A stretch of DNA of 63,715 nt, counting the filler, from Dugesia japonica (lineage: Eukaryota): the NCBI GenBank assembly GCA_001938525.1. It is 5 parts of 5 records of this genome, joined end to end, with 100 filler letters (N's around TTAATTAATTAA, not from the genome) between each part and the next. Parts side by side here need not be neighbours in the genome. Positions count along the whole stretch, not along the records: positions 34,491 to 43,261 come from MQRL01638707.1; positions 43,362 to 52,776 come from MQRL01595011.1; 3 more parts are not named here. The stretch is one strand, 5' to 3'. The notes under the pieces were generated by a model. The model was not told the DNA's origin. It searched no databases and saw only the letters and a list, made by a program, of their open reading frames with translations. Below are positions 38,450 to 50,932 of this stretch, piece after piece; within the stretch, counting starts at the first letter, position 1; each line of letters opens with the position of its first letter. The position numbers and the translations under genes are program-made.

Positions 38450-39520
38450 TCATTATTTTCAATTTAGTAATAGCTTTGAACTAACCTTCCTTCATAAATG
38501 TAAGTGAATATTGTTTTTTGTCTAATCCCAATTTTCTTGTCAATTTTCAAATGCAACCTTTTTGGCATCATTTTGTAGCGTGAATTCAAAATATTTATCT
38601 GCTTTTTTAGACAATTCTTAAATATTTTATTACAATTTTCTGTCAAATATTTACTTAATTGTTTTAGTTCTGATATGTAAATATCATCTTCAAACGGAAT
38701 AGTATGATAATAAACTTTTGTGTAAGCTACTTTAATGTTTTACTTTTTGTATCATGGCATCATTTGCAAAGTTTGTGTAGATAGTACCGAACTTTTTTGT
38801 TAATTTGTTAGACTTAAATCCTAATCTAAATGAGTGTACAATAAGTTCATCTTCAAGTATAACAACATATAGAAAATCACAATAAAATATTATGATATTC
38901 TTTTCAAATATTTCAATATTTTCATTTTGATCAACACTAATCATTTTTTTCTTGTTATTTTATTTCGTGTTACTTTTTGTTATTTGAAACACTTCATCAT
39001 ACCAATTACTATTGAACTTTTTGATAAATGGTGAAGCTGGCATGTTCGAGATTCTCACATGATCACAAACTTTATATTTTGGTATTTATTTGCTTTTGAT
39101 TGTTTTCCTGATAACTATAACTTTAATTGATTGTTTGAACTTAAATCAACCGGTCTTGTTCCATTTAATTTCTTATGACCAGAATGATTATAACTTTTAA
39201 TAAGTTTCGGTTAAACATTTAACTAACTTTTATTACTCTTATTATTATTATTCAAAGCATCTCTCAATGTACGATTAAATCTCACTACTGTAAGAATACA
39301 CTATAATGGTTAATATTTAGATGACAGCTCTTACAAATCTACTAAATAAATATCACAGTCACATGAAGATCGTCAACAACAATAACATCACCTGGTCCCA
39401 ATCTTTTGCTCCAATATTTTTTGCACCAAAACCACTCTTAATTTTCAATTTATTATTACAAAATTTAGACTTAGTCACTGCATTCTCTTCATCTGCACTT
39501 CTATGTCAGTATATGTATAT
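38450..39520 (-). pseudogene. Fragments (ATPase, integrase C-terminus, probable penton) of another copy of the Polinton 2 family
   Basis: Nucleotide match CCATTATAGTGTATTCT..GAGATTTAATCGTACATTGAGAGATGC with 28211-28280; GDVIVVDDL; DHVRIS..F.K..NW.DEVFQI. Confidence 0.75.
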
Positions 39521-40827
39521 TTAGCAGAGTTATATTTAGATTTATTAATAAAATTATTATTATCTAAGCATTTTAAGAGTTCATTTATATATAAGTTTAG
39601 ACGATAATTAGAATTATCTTAAATTTTATTGAAGTTATTAATTTTAGGATTTTTAAAATTTCTGGAAGCAGATTTATCAGAAAAGGATTCCGCATTAGTA
39701 AATTTATTACTGTTAACGTCAGATCCAGTAGATTTGTTATATTCAACATATCCAATTTTTTATTGTTTAAAAATTTTTTAAACAAGACATTTTAAAATTT
39801 ATATTTGAACTTAAAGTTAATATTATTATTACTAATATTATTATTATAAAAATAAAACCTACTAGCCCAATTGCGACAAGTATTTTTATAGAAGCACTTG
39901 TGCTAGTAGAACATATTTTAAAATTATTATTGTCGTCAGTTTTAGTGATAATTTTATAATTTTTTGCTGGGAACAGCATTATAGGAATTAGTATTATTGG
40001 AAAAGTTACTGGAATTTGTCGCCATAATTTTGTTAATAAATTAAACTTGCTTATTGAATTTATTAACTTTAGTAATTAAGTTATTCTTTTATTTACTCAT
40101 GGTTAAACGAAATGTTGATAGAATTATAAGCTTAGCAATTTAATCCAATGTTTTTCTTTATTTGACCATGATTAAATGAATTTTTCTTGAGACTATGATA
40201 ATAGTGTTTCAGTTATATTTTATTTGTTATTACTAAATAAGTTTTTATTCATTTTAATATAGGTAAATATATAGGTGTAAGTATAGGTAAATTTCAAACT
40301 ACTTTTTGGAATTACCGAAAAAATCTAATAAGAAATAATTGAATCAAATACATTTCGTCATCTTTCTTTTATCTTATAAATATTATGACAGCCGTCAATA
40401 ATGAAAATTCGATAATGAATAAAATCTTTTACCATTGGTTACTTAAATTTCAATTGGTTTAAATATATAATGACTTGACAGTGCGGATAAAAATCAATCA
40501 ATAGGCTTTACTCAAAGAAGAACAGAATACTTTAACAGTTTTGGAATAGAATCAACTGTTTGATATTTACGAATTAAAATTTAAATTGAAGTGAACCGTC
40601 CCCGAAAAATTTATCTATTGACCACAGGTTAAGAAACCCTGCTCTAAAGTATTAATCAATGAAAATAACAAATTGAGAAAAGAAAAAGAATTGAAAACAG
40701 ATTCAAGAAAAAGTTAAATAAAACCTCGAACCCCAATATATATATTCATATATATTCAAAAACATATTGAATAAATTGCTTCGAACTATATAAAATGACA
40801 AACCGCAATTTTTTAAAACATTCGTTT

Positions 40828-40869
40828 GTAATGCATGTTTCGGACAAATCTATGTCCATCATCAGTTAC
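40828..40869 (-). ncRNA. Minimal type I hammerhead ribozyme, core variant (U16.1 to C)
   Basis: GTAA-CTGATGA-T-GGACATAGATTTGTCC-GAAA-CATG-CA-TTAC. Confidence 0.75.
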
Positions 40870-41522
40870 TGCGGTAAAATAAGAAGGAAATTGTTTATAT
40901 ACTGGCCAATAAAACCTGTTACGTAATCAATCCAATAAAATAAGATTAAAATAAATTTAAAATTGAATGTGTCCATTTGAGTATTAGGAATCGGATTATG
41001 CAACCCAATTCTTAAAGCCTCACACGCAATTCTTTCAAAATAGTTACCAAAACCGTTTTTCCAAACTGTAAACTCATCAATTCTTATTTTGCTTTTTCTA
41101 TTTATGCAGCAACAGGCATGATCTAAACCTGAACTTTTCCTATTCAATTGCAAATGCTCGCTAACACGTGTACGATAATGACGATATAACTCTCCAATAT
41201 ACGTGGCATCACACCCGTTACAATTGAATTGATAATCTAGGTTAGCGAGCAAAGCTTTTGGTGTAGTAGATTTGTTGCTTAAATAACTTGAGGTTTTCTT
41301 TGAAGTGAAAATTAATCTAAATTTATTATCATCAAAATATTTCATGCGAGAGCATTTTAATGATTTAGATCCTTCCCAGAATTGGGTTTGATAATCCGAT
41401 TCCTAATACTCAAATGGACACACATTCACTTTTAAATTTATTTTAATCTTATCTTATTGGATTGATTACGTAACAGGTTTTATTGGCCAGTATATAAACA
41501 ATTTCCTACTTATTTTACCGCA

Positions 41523-41564
41523 GTAACTGATGACGGAAATATATTTGTCCGAAACATGTATTAC
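41523..41564 (+). ncRNA. Minimal type I hammerhead ribozyme
   Basis: GTAA-CTGATGA-C-GGAAATATATTTGTCC-GAAA-CATG-TA-TTAC: stem I GTAA/TTAC, palindromic stem III, GUA cleavage triplet. Confidence 0.85.
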
Positions 41565-41619
41565 AAACAAATGTTTTAAAAAATTGCGGTTTTTCTTTAT
41601 ATATATATATATATATATA

Positions 41620-43190
41620 CAGTGAAACCTCCAAAGTTGGAAACTCGATAAGTTGACAACCCCTTCAATTTGAAACACACGCGGTCGCACAAGTGAAAAT
41701 AAACAATATATGACCACTATAAATTGAAAACCTCTCTCTTTTAAGTTGAAATAATTTACGGTGTCAATTCATACAAGAACTTGTAGAGCAAAAATTAACT
41801 TGAATTTTTTAAATTTGTTTCAAAATTCAAGGTCAAATAAAATTATTTCATCAATTTATAAAAGTTAGTAAATTGTTTTATTGTTCCAATTTCCAAGGAC
41901 GCTGAATAGGTAATTTTGATTAATAAATTTGGCAATAATTACAATTTGAATTTTAAAGGTTGTTGAACTTTAAAAATTAATAATATTAACACCAAATAAG
42001 GTTGTTGAATTTTAAAGGTTGATAATATTGACACAAAATAGGCAATTTTAATTATTAGATTTATTAATGTTTACAATTTGAATTAAAAAGGCCAAAATAG
42101 TTTTACTATAAATATTAGACAAGAATATCAGACAAATACCCATAAAACACTGGTAAAATTTTTTTTGAGGCATTGCATAAGCTATTTTATTTGTACTTAT
42201 AATATTTTATTGCAATTTATTGAATTATCATTATTATAGTTAGAATTTTAAATTATATTTTTATAAACTGTTTATTTTAATCTAGCAGTTTTCAATTTTA
42301 CTTTAGATTGTTAAAATTGTTGTAGATTGTATTTTTACAATTAATTCTAGCGGTTTACAATTTTTATAAATTATTAAAAGGTTGTAGACTAGCACCGAGT
42401 ATTCTTCTTCACATCTCCTATCACTTTTGCTATGTACACATACACCGAAAAACAATGGAAGTCACTAGTTGAACTAACAATCGATCAAAAGAAGATTGTT
42501 TTGGATTTCCTTGACAAAGGGCACAAAGGAGCAGACCTTGCAAAACAGTTTGCAGTGATAAGATTAATTCTTTATGGCAAAACAATTTTGACTCATGTAG
42601 AAAATAAAACTTCGAGCCAATGATAAAAATGAATTAAACAAGAAAGTTTTTAATTTCTTTACAATGTGTTCCAAGAAGAACATTCCAATTTCTTGTCCCA
42701 AGAGAAGGATTCAAAGATTGCCGTTAGTAGGTATCACCGATTTCAAGGGTAGCAATAGTTCGCTCGAGAAGTTTTGTAAGAGGAACAGCATTGACTTTCG
42801 AGCAATATGTGGTGATGCTGGAGATTTGGACATGAGTGCTGTAGAGTCCTACAAAAAGAGAATCCCCTTAATTATTTATAAATTTGATCGAAAAACGTTT
42901 TCAATACCGATGAAATGTCTGTATCCTTTCGTGCAACTACTAATAGACACTTTATATAACCAGTTAAAGACAGAAAAGATACAAAACAGTCCAAAGATGG
43001 AATTTCTATTCTGCTAGCGTCAAGTATGACAGGTAATATTAACATAAGTAAAATTAAATATAATTTATTAATCGACTTTTCTTTTGGTAGGAGAAAAACT
43101 CAAGCCCCATCATCATTGGCTATGCAGCATATCTACATCCATTCAAATCTGCTCGTATAGATGTTGAGAAACTTTCGGTCATTTGGCGTT
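41620..43190 (+). mobile_element. pogo/Tigger DNA transposon, left end and degenerate transposase with intron
   Basis: (TA)n then CAGT terminus; HTH-psq LTIDQKK..LAKQF; CENP-B-type FKGSN..LEKFCKR; FNTDE; intron 43033-43090 restores MTG/EKLKPIIIG. Confidence 0.85.
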
Positions 43191-44925
43191 GTTAAGTAAT
43201 AATAAGAGAGAGAGATAAGTAATGATATCAAAAATGTGTATTTCACAACAATGCTATGTGTNNNNNNNNNNNNNNNNNNNNNNNNNNNNNNNNNNNNNNN
43301 NNNNNTTAATTAATTAANNNNNNNNNNNNNNNNNNNNNNNNNNNNNNNNNNNNNNNNNNNNACAATAAATCAAAACCTCAAATTCATCTTCTAAAATTGA
43401 CTTGATACTTTCAAAATGACAATTACACTCACGCCATGAAAATTAAGTATAAGGATTCAACCACCACTATTTTATTCTGGTCATCGTGTAACACCTGATA
43501 CATTTATTTCAATTTCAGTCATCGATATTTTGTCTATATTCATCACCTCTTTACTATAGCAATCCATCTCATCCACGCTNNNNNNNNNNNNNNNNNNNNN
43601 NNNNNNNATGTCTTTATAATCGTTAACATCATATTCATTATCATCTCTCTTTAGTACCATCTCTCTAAGACTCGTCGTCAAATCTCTTTATTAACACCTC
43701 TCTCATCATCATCATCACATCTCACTAAATTCATTAAAAATCAGACCTTCATCTACATATAAATTTCCTGTCATAATTCCTTCTTGTTCATTATAAATAA
43801 TAATATTTTTCTNNNNNNNNNNNNNNNNNNNNNNNNNNNNNNNNNNNNNNNNNNNNNNNNNNNNNNNNNNNNNNNNNNNNNNNNNNNNNNNNNNNNNNNN
43901 NNNNNNNNNNNNNNNNNNNNNNNNNNNNNNNNNNNNNNNNNNNNNNNNNNNNNNNNNNNNNNNNNNNNNNNNNNNNNNNNNNNNNNNNNNNNNNNNNNNN
44001 NNNNNNNNNNNNNNNNNNNNNNNNNNNNNNNNNNNNNNNNNNNNNNNNNNNNNNNNNNNNNNNNNNNNAATTATAATAATAATACAATTCTTGTGCTTAA
44101 ACCTGACTCATAATCTAATATTTTATTATTTATAATGATCATTATGATTTATTCTGTTTTTCTCCTATAATTTCTCTCTAAAATATCAACATATTTTAAT
44201 ATAATTATTTGTTTTAATCTTTCTTTTTCTCTCATCGATATAATTTTATTTTTAACACATGGTTAACTTCATCACATTTATACAAATTATAAATAATAAT
44301 AGATATTCCTTGTTCTATTGACATTCTTCTTTTCGATCACTTTGACTGATTTTCTGAACACATTTTACCTTAACCATCTAATTATTGATTATCTTCAATT
44401 CTTGTATTTTTTAATATGTTATCAATTCTTCGTTTACTCTACAGCTTTTTACAACTTTATTTTCTTTTTATTGTTTTACCCTAGATTTTGTTTGATATTT
44501 CTTACACTTTTTAACTTCAGTTATTATTATTTAATAATCGTGTCTTTATTTTTTCATAGATCAATATTTCTTTTATTTCTCATTATTTATTTATTTATTT
44601 AGTTTTTTATTTCATTTTCTTATTACTCTTTAATTTATTTCCTTCTATAATTTTCATATTTTACAAAATGCTGTTTCAGCCAAACAAATTACTGAGGGCC
44701 CACAAAATTCCGCCCCGGAATTTATCCTGGTTCCGTTACTCTCTTTACACACGTTTGTTTCCATTTGGTTACTGCCGTTTACAATTCGTTGTTTGTGGTG
44801 GTGTTTGAAAAGATCCCACAAGGCAAGATACTCATTAGTCATAACAGAAAGAAAAAACAAAAGAAATAAGCAATTAATAAAAATACTTTTATTCTACATA
44901 TATGTTGGCATTATTTAATAGTTAA

Positions 44926-45015
44926 GGATCACAAAATAGTTATTGTCAATTGAATCACAAAATAATTATTGTCAACTGGATCACAAAATAGTTATTTTTA
45001 ACTGGATCACAAAAA
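44926..45015. repeat. 26-bp tandem repeat, ~3.5 copies
   Basis: GGATCACAAAATAGTTATTGTCAACT units. Confidence 0.85.
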
Positions 45016-48000
45016 CAATTAATTTTACTGTTTATCAAAACTATTGAGTTTTAGTATGTTATTGTTGCTTTTCACCCCACTGATATGCTATTAATAAATC
45101 ACCATTTACCCAGTCTCGAAGTGATCCATAATGTCCGATTCGCATGTTTTGATTTCTTTTACGTAACACTTGATGAGGTTTCATTTCGCATTTATCTGAA
45201 TTCCAGAGGAGCTTCGTTCTACATAGGATAGTATGTCTCTTTTTCTTCAATTTTCTGACTTCTTTTTATCCATAATGCTTCAAAAATCCGTAAGGGTCAA
45301 ATACCCATGTGTGCGATACGTATGATATTTGTTTTCTTTGACAGTGGTCCTCCTTTTCGTCCCACACTGGTCTGTGCCGATTTTGTACTGAATATAATAT
45401 ATGGAAGTATTTATAGTAACGCAGAAGAAAAACTCGGGATATCTCGAATAGCCCGACTGTCTTTTGATGGTATAATATCTCTCTTCTTTCTCTCTCCGGT
45501 TCTCCAATTCTTGTTCTATATGTTATTAATTGTATTTACTGTTGTTGTTGTTATGTTATATCAATAGTTACTCGCCCTGATTCTTGGAATATCTTGACTC
45601 TCATCGCTCGTCCTTTGACCTTTATCCCTGGTTTTACCCACGTATAGTTTTCTGTTTTCTCGTATTGACCTCTTGTTGTCATAATTCGTTGCTATCCTTT
45701 TCTCGATATCGTCTGTAATTTTACTTCAAATTTCGTTATATATAATCGATGCTCTGTATGTACATCCTCATAATCATAACATTCATCTCCATTGATGACT
45801 CGTAACATAATCACAATTATTGTCATATATATCCATACTTTTCCTGGAAACAACATTTGACTGGCTCCTCTGTGCGTTTCTGTTTCGATTTCTCTTCGTT
45901 TATCCGCTTTTTCTCCTTTTAAAGTGATCTTTATCAAAATCAGTGACTTTGTTTTTTGACGTTATTATAGCTGCTGTTATTACTATTATCCAATACTTGT
46001 TACTCTCGTTTTTACTCTTATCCGTTATTAATTTTAGACCCATTGTCCACATATTTTCGCTCTTAATCACTTTTCCCATTACTAATGCTAGTATTACATA
46101 TAGCCATTTATCCATCATTTTGACTGTTTTATTTGCTCCCCTGGTTGCTGTTGTAGTCTCGTTTATTTCATATAATTTTGTCGCCTGAATTCCAATCTTT
46201 GTAGGCCATGCCATTGCCACTATTGCTATTATGCGCACTATGAATATTATTATCGGTATCGATGCGATAGATGTCCAAGCAATTTTCTTCCATTGTCTTC
46301 CGAGTGACAGCTTTTTCGTTACTAGTACCTCCTCTTTCTCGTTTTAATAGATTGGCTCAATTTCCCCCATTATTATTTCTTTTTAGATTCCACTGTCATA
46401 TTTTATTACTGGTATTTCTGGTAGAGGAATTTTTGTCTCATTTTCTCTTCCTCCGCTTCCATTCTTTCAAGCTCTTCATGTTCTTTTTCGATTTCTTTTT
46501 GCTTCCAAGTTTTTTATTTCTCATCATATTGCCATTTTTGTTGAATTTCTAAACACCGCGGTATCATATATTCTGAATCCTCTTCGCACTATTTGGTGAT
46601 GTCACACTGGTCCTCTGTATTGTATTCAAATTCTTCACACCATTTTGTTATATCCCACTGATCGATAATTTTGTCAGCTTCTTCCATTTATTTTTGTTTC
46701 CAGATTCGGTATTTCTCAGTATGTCGTAATTCTTCATAAATTCTCCACCATTGAAGTGACACTTCTTCGGGATCCTCTTCGCAACTTTTGATAATGTTTC
46801 TTTGCTCGTCCGTATCGTAATTGGTTTCTCTGTCACCCCATGTCGCCTCGAATCAGTTTGATCTATCATTCTAGGTTTTAATTAAATTTTTTATATCCTT
46901 TTGAATCGTTTTGAGCCCATCTGTCGTTTCTGGTTGTTTTGTTAATATCAGTTTTTCATAATCGTTGTCACTGACCTCTTAAGTCGTCCTCAGATTTCCT
47001 CTCTGTGCCTTTATCACACCGATTCTGTGCTTGTCGCCTTTTATTTCTATTTATTCGATTTTTTCTCTTCCGTCTCCTTGGTCTTTGTTTTTTTCTTGGC
47101 TCATTATGTCCTTTATGATTGGTTTCACTTTTATTCTGATCAATTTCTAGTTTCTCCATTAACTTTTGACATTCAATTTTTAATGTTTGTAAGAAAAGTA
47201 GCGATCCGTCTCGATTTTCAACTTAAGTAAATGTTTCGAATCGTCTCCACATTGCTACGATTTTCTGTCCGTCTTCTTCTGCCGTGTTTAGTTCGTTAAT
47301 TTTTCATCTGTGTCTTCCATGAAATCCATCACTTCGTCTCCTAATTTCAATAAATCGACGTCCTCGTCGGTATTTGTTTGTAATTCCATCTTAATTAATC
47401 TTTGGTATATCATTGCTTTTTAAGTTTTCCGCTACAATTGGACATTTAGTTGGTTTTTTTGATACACATCGATTACACTTTTGAGTTTCTGGCTGTTCTG
47501 GATTCGTATCTATCATATCACATATTTTCTCTTCAGCTTCTTTCAATTGTAGTCCCATTATTATTATACATTTCAGACATACCTATTTTAACTTGTTTTC
47601 AGTTATTACAATCTTGGTTTCTTTTCGATTTTTATTACAATTATTGCATCTAATTTTACTTTGAATTTGGCTATTTGTAAGATCTTGTTTCTTTTGTTTC
47701 ACTTTTATCCATGACGACGGAATCTCTTTGCGTAAATTAATTTGACAGCTTCCACATTATTTCTTTGTTGTTGTCGTGTCAATTGGACATTTTCTAAGTC
47801 TGAAGTTTTTACAATTTCCTTCCAAGTTCCATGGTGAATGTGCTTCTTTGTTTTTGTCGATGTCGAATCGACTTGGTTTATTAAATGTCCATTTTCTTGT
47901 TGCCTCATTGTAATTCTTTGTGAAATTCGTAAGCATGGTTTACACAGCGGTTTCCAGTTGTCTGCGGATCCGTGTCCTTTCATTCCGTATTGTCCACATC

Positions 48001-48258
48001 TTAGATTGCCGCAAATTTGATTGTTGCTAATTTACATCTTGATACATACACGATACTTGGTTTCTTTAGTGGTTTTCAAAATTCTTTTAATTTCAGATTT
48101 GTTGCCGTTGTTTCGATCACCATATATGAGCTTTTGTTTGGTCTCTTTAATTTATCTGTCTTTCCAATATCAATTGTCGGTGTGTTTACTAACACAAGAT
48201 CCCCATTTTTAAATGTATGAGCGTCTGCTTTACAATCGTGTAATTCTTTGTAACTTTC

Positions 48259-50932
48259 TTAACTAAATCTTGCATTTGCTTCCGCCAATTTCCACATTTC
48301 CTTCATTTGATCTTTCATGCCTGTCACATAATCGTCTTCATCCGTGTACTGTGAAATTGGTGGTTGATATTCCAGATCAATAGGCATATTACATTCTCTT
48401 TCATACATTAAACTAAATGGTGTTGCTCTTGTTTTCGGATGGACTCCCATCCTATATGCAAAAGGCATAAATTCAAATGTTTGTCCCATTCTCTTTGATC
48501 CTTTGAAGCGTAGCTCGATAGCATTCTTGTTAAAGTTTGATTGAATCTTTTTGTCATTCCATTCATCTGCGGATGATATGCCGATGTCCATAGCTTGTAA
48601 ATATTGAAGAAACTTGTAACTTCTTTCATTAATTCACTTATAAAGTTCTTCCCTTGATCCGTTAAAATTTTCTTTGGAGGTCCATAACAACTAAATACTT
48701 TGTTAACTAACACTTTGGCAATTGTCGCTGCTTTCTGATCCCTCAACGCAAATGCTTCTGAGAATTTTGATAAATAATCTACTACTGTTAGAATGTATAT
48801 CTTTCCACTGTCCGTTGGTGGTAATGGTCCAATTATATCCATTGCTATTATATTCATTGGTGTTGCTGGCACTGGAATTGGTTGTAGCGGAACTTTGAAT
48901 TTCTTTCCTGTTCCTCTCCTTGCTGCGCATATCTGACATTGTTCTACCCATGTTTTTACACTTGTCGTTATATGTGGCCAATAATATTTTGCTCTCAATT
49001 TTGATTCCGTCTTTTTAGCTGACATATGCCCTCCTAATATTCCATTATGATATTGCTCCAAAATCTTTGCTCGTCTATTTTTAGGTATTACTGACAACAT
49101 TTTGTCGCTTTCTTTCATCATCAACCATCCATTGACTATTGCGTACCGTCCTCCTCGTTTCTTTAAATGTTNTTTCATGCTTTTATTACATTCAACTTTA
49201 CTCAGATCGTAATGTGTTAGATAATCTAGAATTATCTTAATTTCTTCATCATCATCTTGATCCTTTTTGAGACCTGTAAAATCTTTGTTCTCTGCTAATA
49301 TCATACATAAAGTTCGGATTTCTCGATTCATTAATTGCTGAATATTAATTACTTCATTATCTTGTATTTTAGTTCTAATTCATCTGTGAATCTCGCTCTT
49401 GACATATAATCTGCATTTGCATTTGCTTTAACAGATTTATATTTTACTAAAGATGCATATTCTTGTAGCTTCATGCCCCATCTCGCTATTCGATTTATCT
49501 GTAATGGTTTCTGTCCGATCATTGTAAGCGGTGGATGATCTGTATACACTACTAATTCATGTCCAAGTATCGGTTGGTTGAAATGTTTTACTGCTTTTAC
49601 TATTGCCAATATTTCTCTCTCTGTTGTACTATAATTCTTTTCTGCACCTTGTAAAGTTTTACTAAAATATCCGATTACTCGTTCTCAACCCTCTTCGTCC
49701 AGCTCCCATTGCATATCCACTTGCATCTGTTGCTAATATAAACGGTTTTATAAAATCTGTTTGCACTAATATTGGTGCTGTCATTAATTTTTCTCGTATT
49801 ATCTCGAACGCTTTCTGATGCTCGTCTGTCCAAGTAAATTTGACATCTTGTCGCACTAGTGACTGTATAGGTTTAACTATTGTTGCAAATCCTTTTATAA
49901 ATTTTCTATAATAATTTGCCATGCCTAAGAATACTTGTACATCGTTTACGTTCTTCGGTACCGGCAGTTTTTTTATCTTTTCAATATTTGCTGGGTCTGG
50001 TTGTTTTCCTTGATCTGATATTAAATGGCCCAAATATGGCACTTGATTTTTTGCACATTCGCACTTTGTAGGTTTCACTTTAAGGTTTCACATTCTTAGT
50101 CGCACAAATACATTTCGTAAATTTTTTAGGTGCTCCTCGCATGTTGTTGAGAATATCAAAAAGTCGTCAATATATACTCTGTCAATATTGGTGATTCAAT
50201 TTTAAATGTTCGATCTATCTCTTCTCCATTCGGGTCTATGTCGATTTCCAATCGTTTCGCCATTTCACCTTTAAGTACGTCCATTAATTTTTCTTTATTG
50301 TCATCGATTGTCTCGTCTATTTCGTCCATTGGCGTTAATTTTCCAATTTTTGAGTTTGGATATATCGTAATATCCTTTTCCGTCATATTTAATACATTTA
50401 CTGGTACTTTACCTGCTTCCAATATCTTCACAACTTCGTTTGCTGCTGGTAATTTATATCGCTTTGAGAAAGTTTCATGAGGTTCAAATATCATTTGTCC
50501 TTCCCAATCTGCATCTGTCTTTGCCATATAGAATACCTGACTCCTCCTTGGTATTACTATCTTTTTATTCGTATACACTCCATTATCTTTTGTATGCAAG
50601 TTCTCTCTAGATCCGGTAATTTGTAGAGTGTTCATATCTAATACTGCATTCTTCATTATTAATGGTATCAAATCTGTTCTAATTATGCACTTTTCGCTCA
50701 TTTTCATTATTATCATTTCATGCACCACATGTATGTCTTGGAATTCTACCTCGCATTTTAACTTTCCAATTATATGTAGCTGACCTCCGTCTGCCACCAC
50801 GACTTCCGTGTTTGAAGGTGTGATGTACGGCCATTTTAATGTTGTAACTAAATCACAATGTAGTACTGATATTGTTGCACCCGTATCCAATAACGCTGAT
50901 ATTTTCCGTCCATCAACTATTATATCTATCAT
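48259..50932 (-). pseudogene. pol: Element B pol: protease 2, dUTPase-like spacer, RT (N-terminal half deleted), RNase H, integrase
   Basis: ALLDTGAT; IVIPRRSQ..VPVNVLN..ITIYPNSKIG; YIDDFLIF, YLGHLIS, FLGMANYYRKFI; LATDASG, VYTDH; H..GGH..CQIC, MDIIGP, ILTDQG, TKRFNQTL. Confidence 0.93.

Larger units (their letters stand above)
40800..41592 (-). mobile_element. 5'-truncated Penelope-like element: GIY-YIG end with inverted pLTRs
   Basis: ORF 40866-41345 LDYQFNCNGCDATYIGE..RTRVSEH..EA.RI..NP..N; ~213-bp inverted repeat at 40800-41012 and 41378-41592. Confidence 0.9.

Noticed and set aside
44318-47653. Hydrophobic plus-strand ORFs in the ORF track
   Set aside because: Antisense shadows of A-rich minus-strand sequence; the same applies to most other short or X-filled ORFs.
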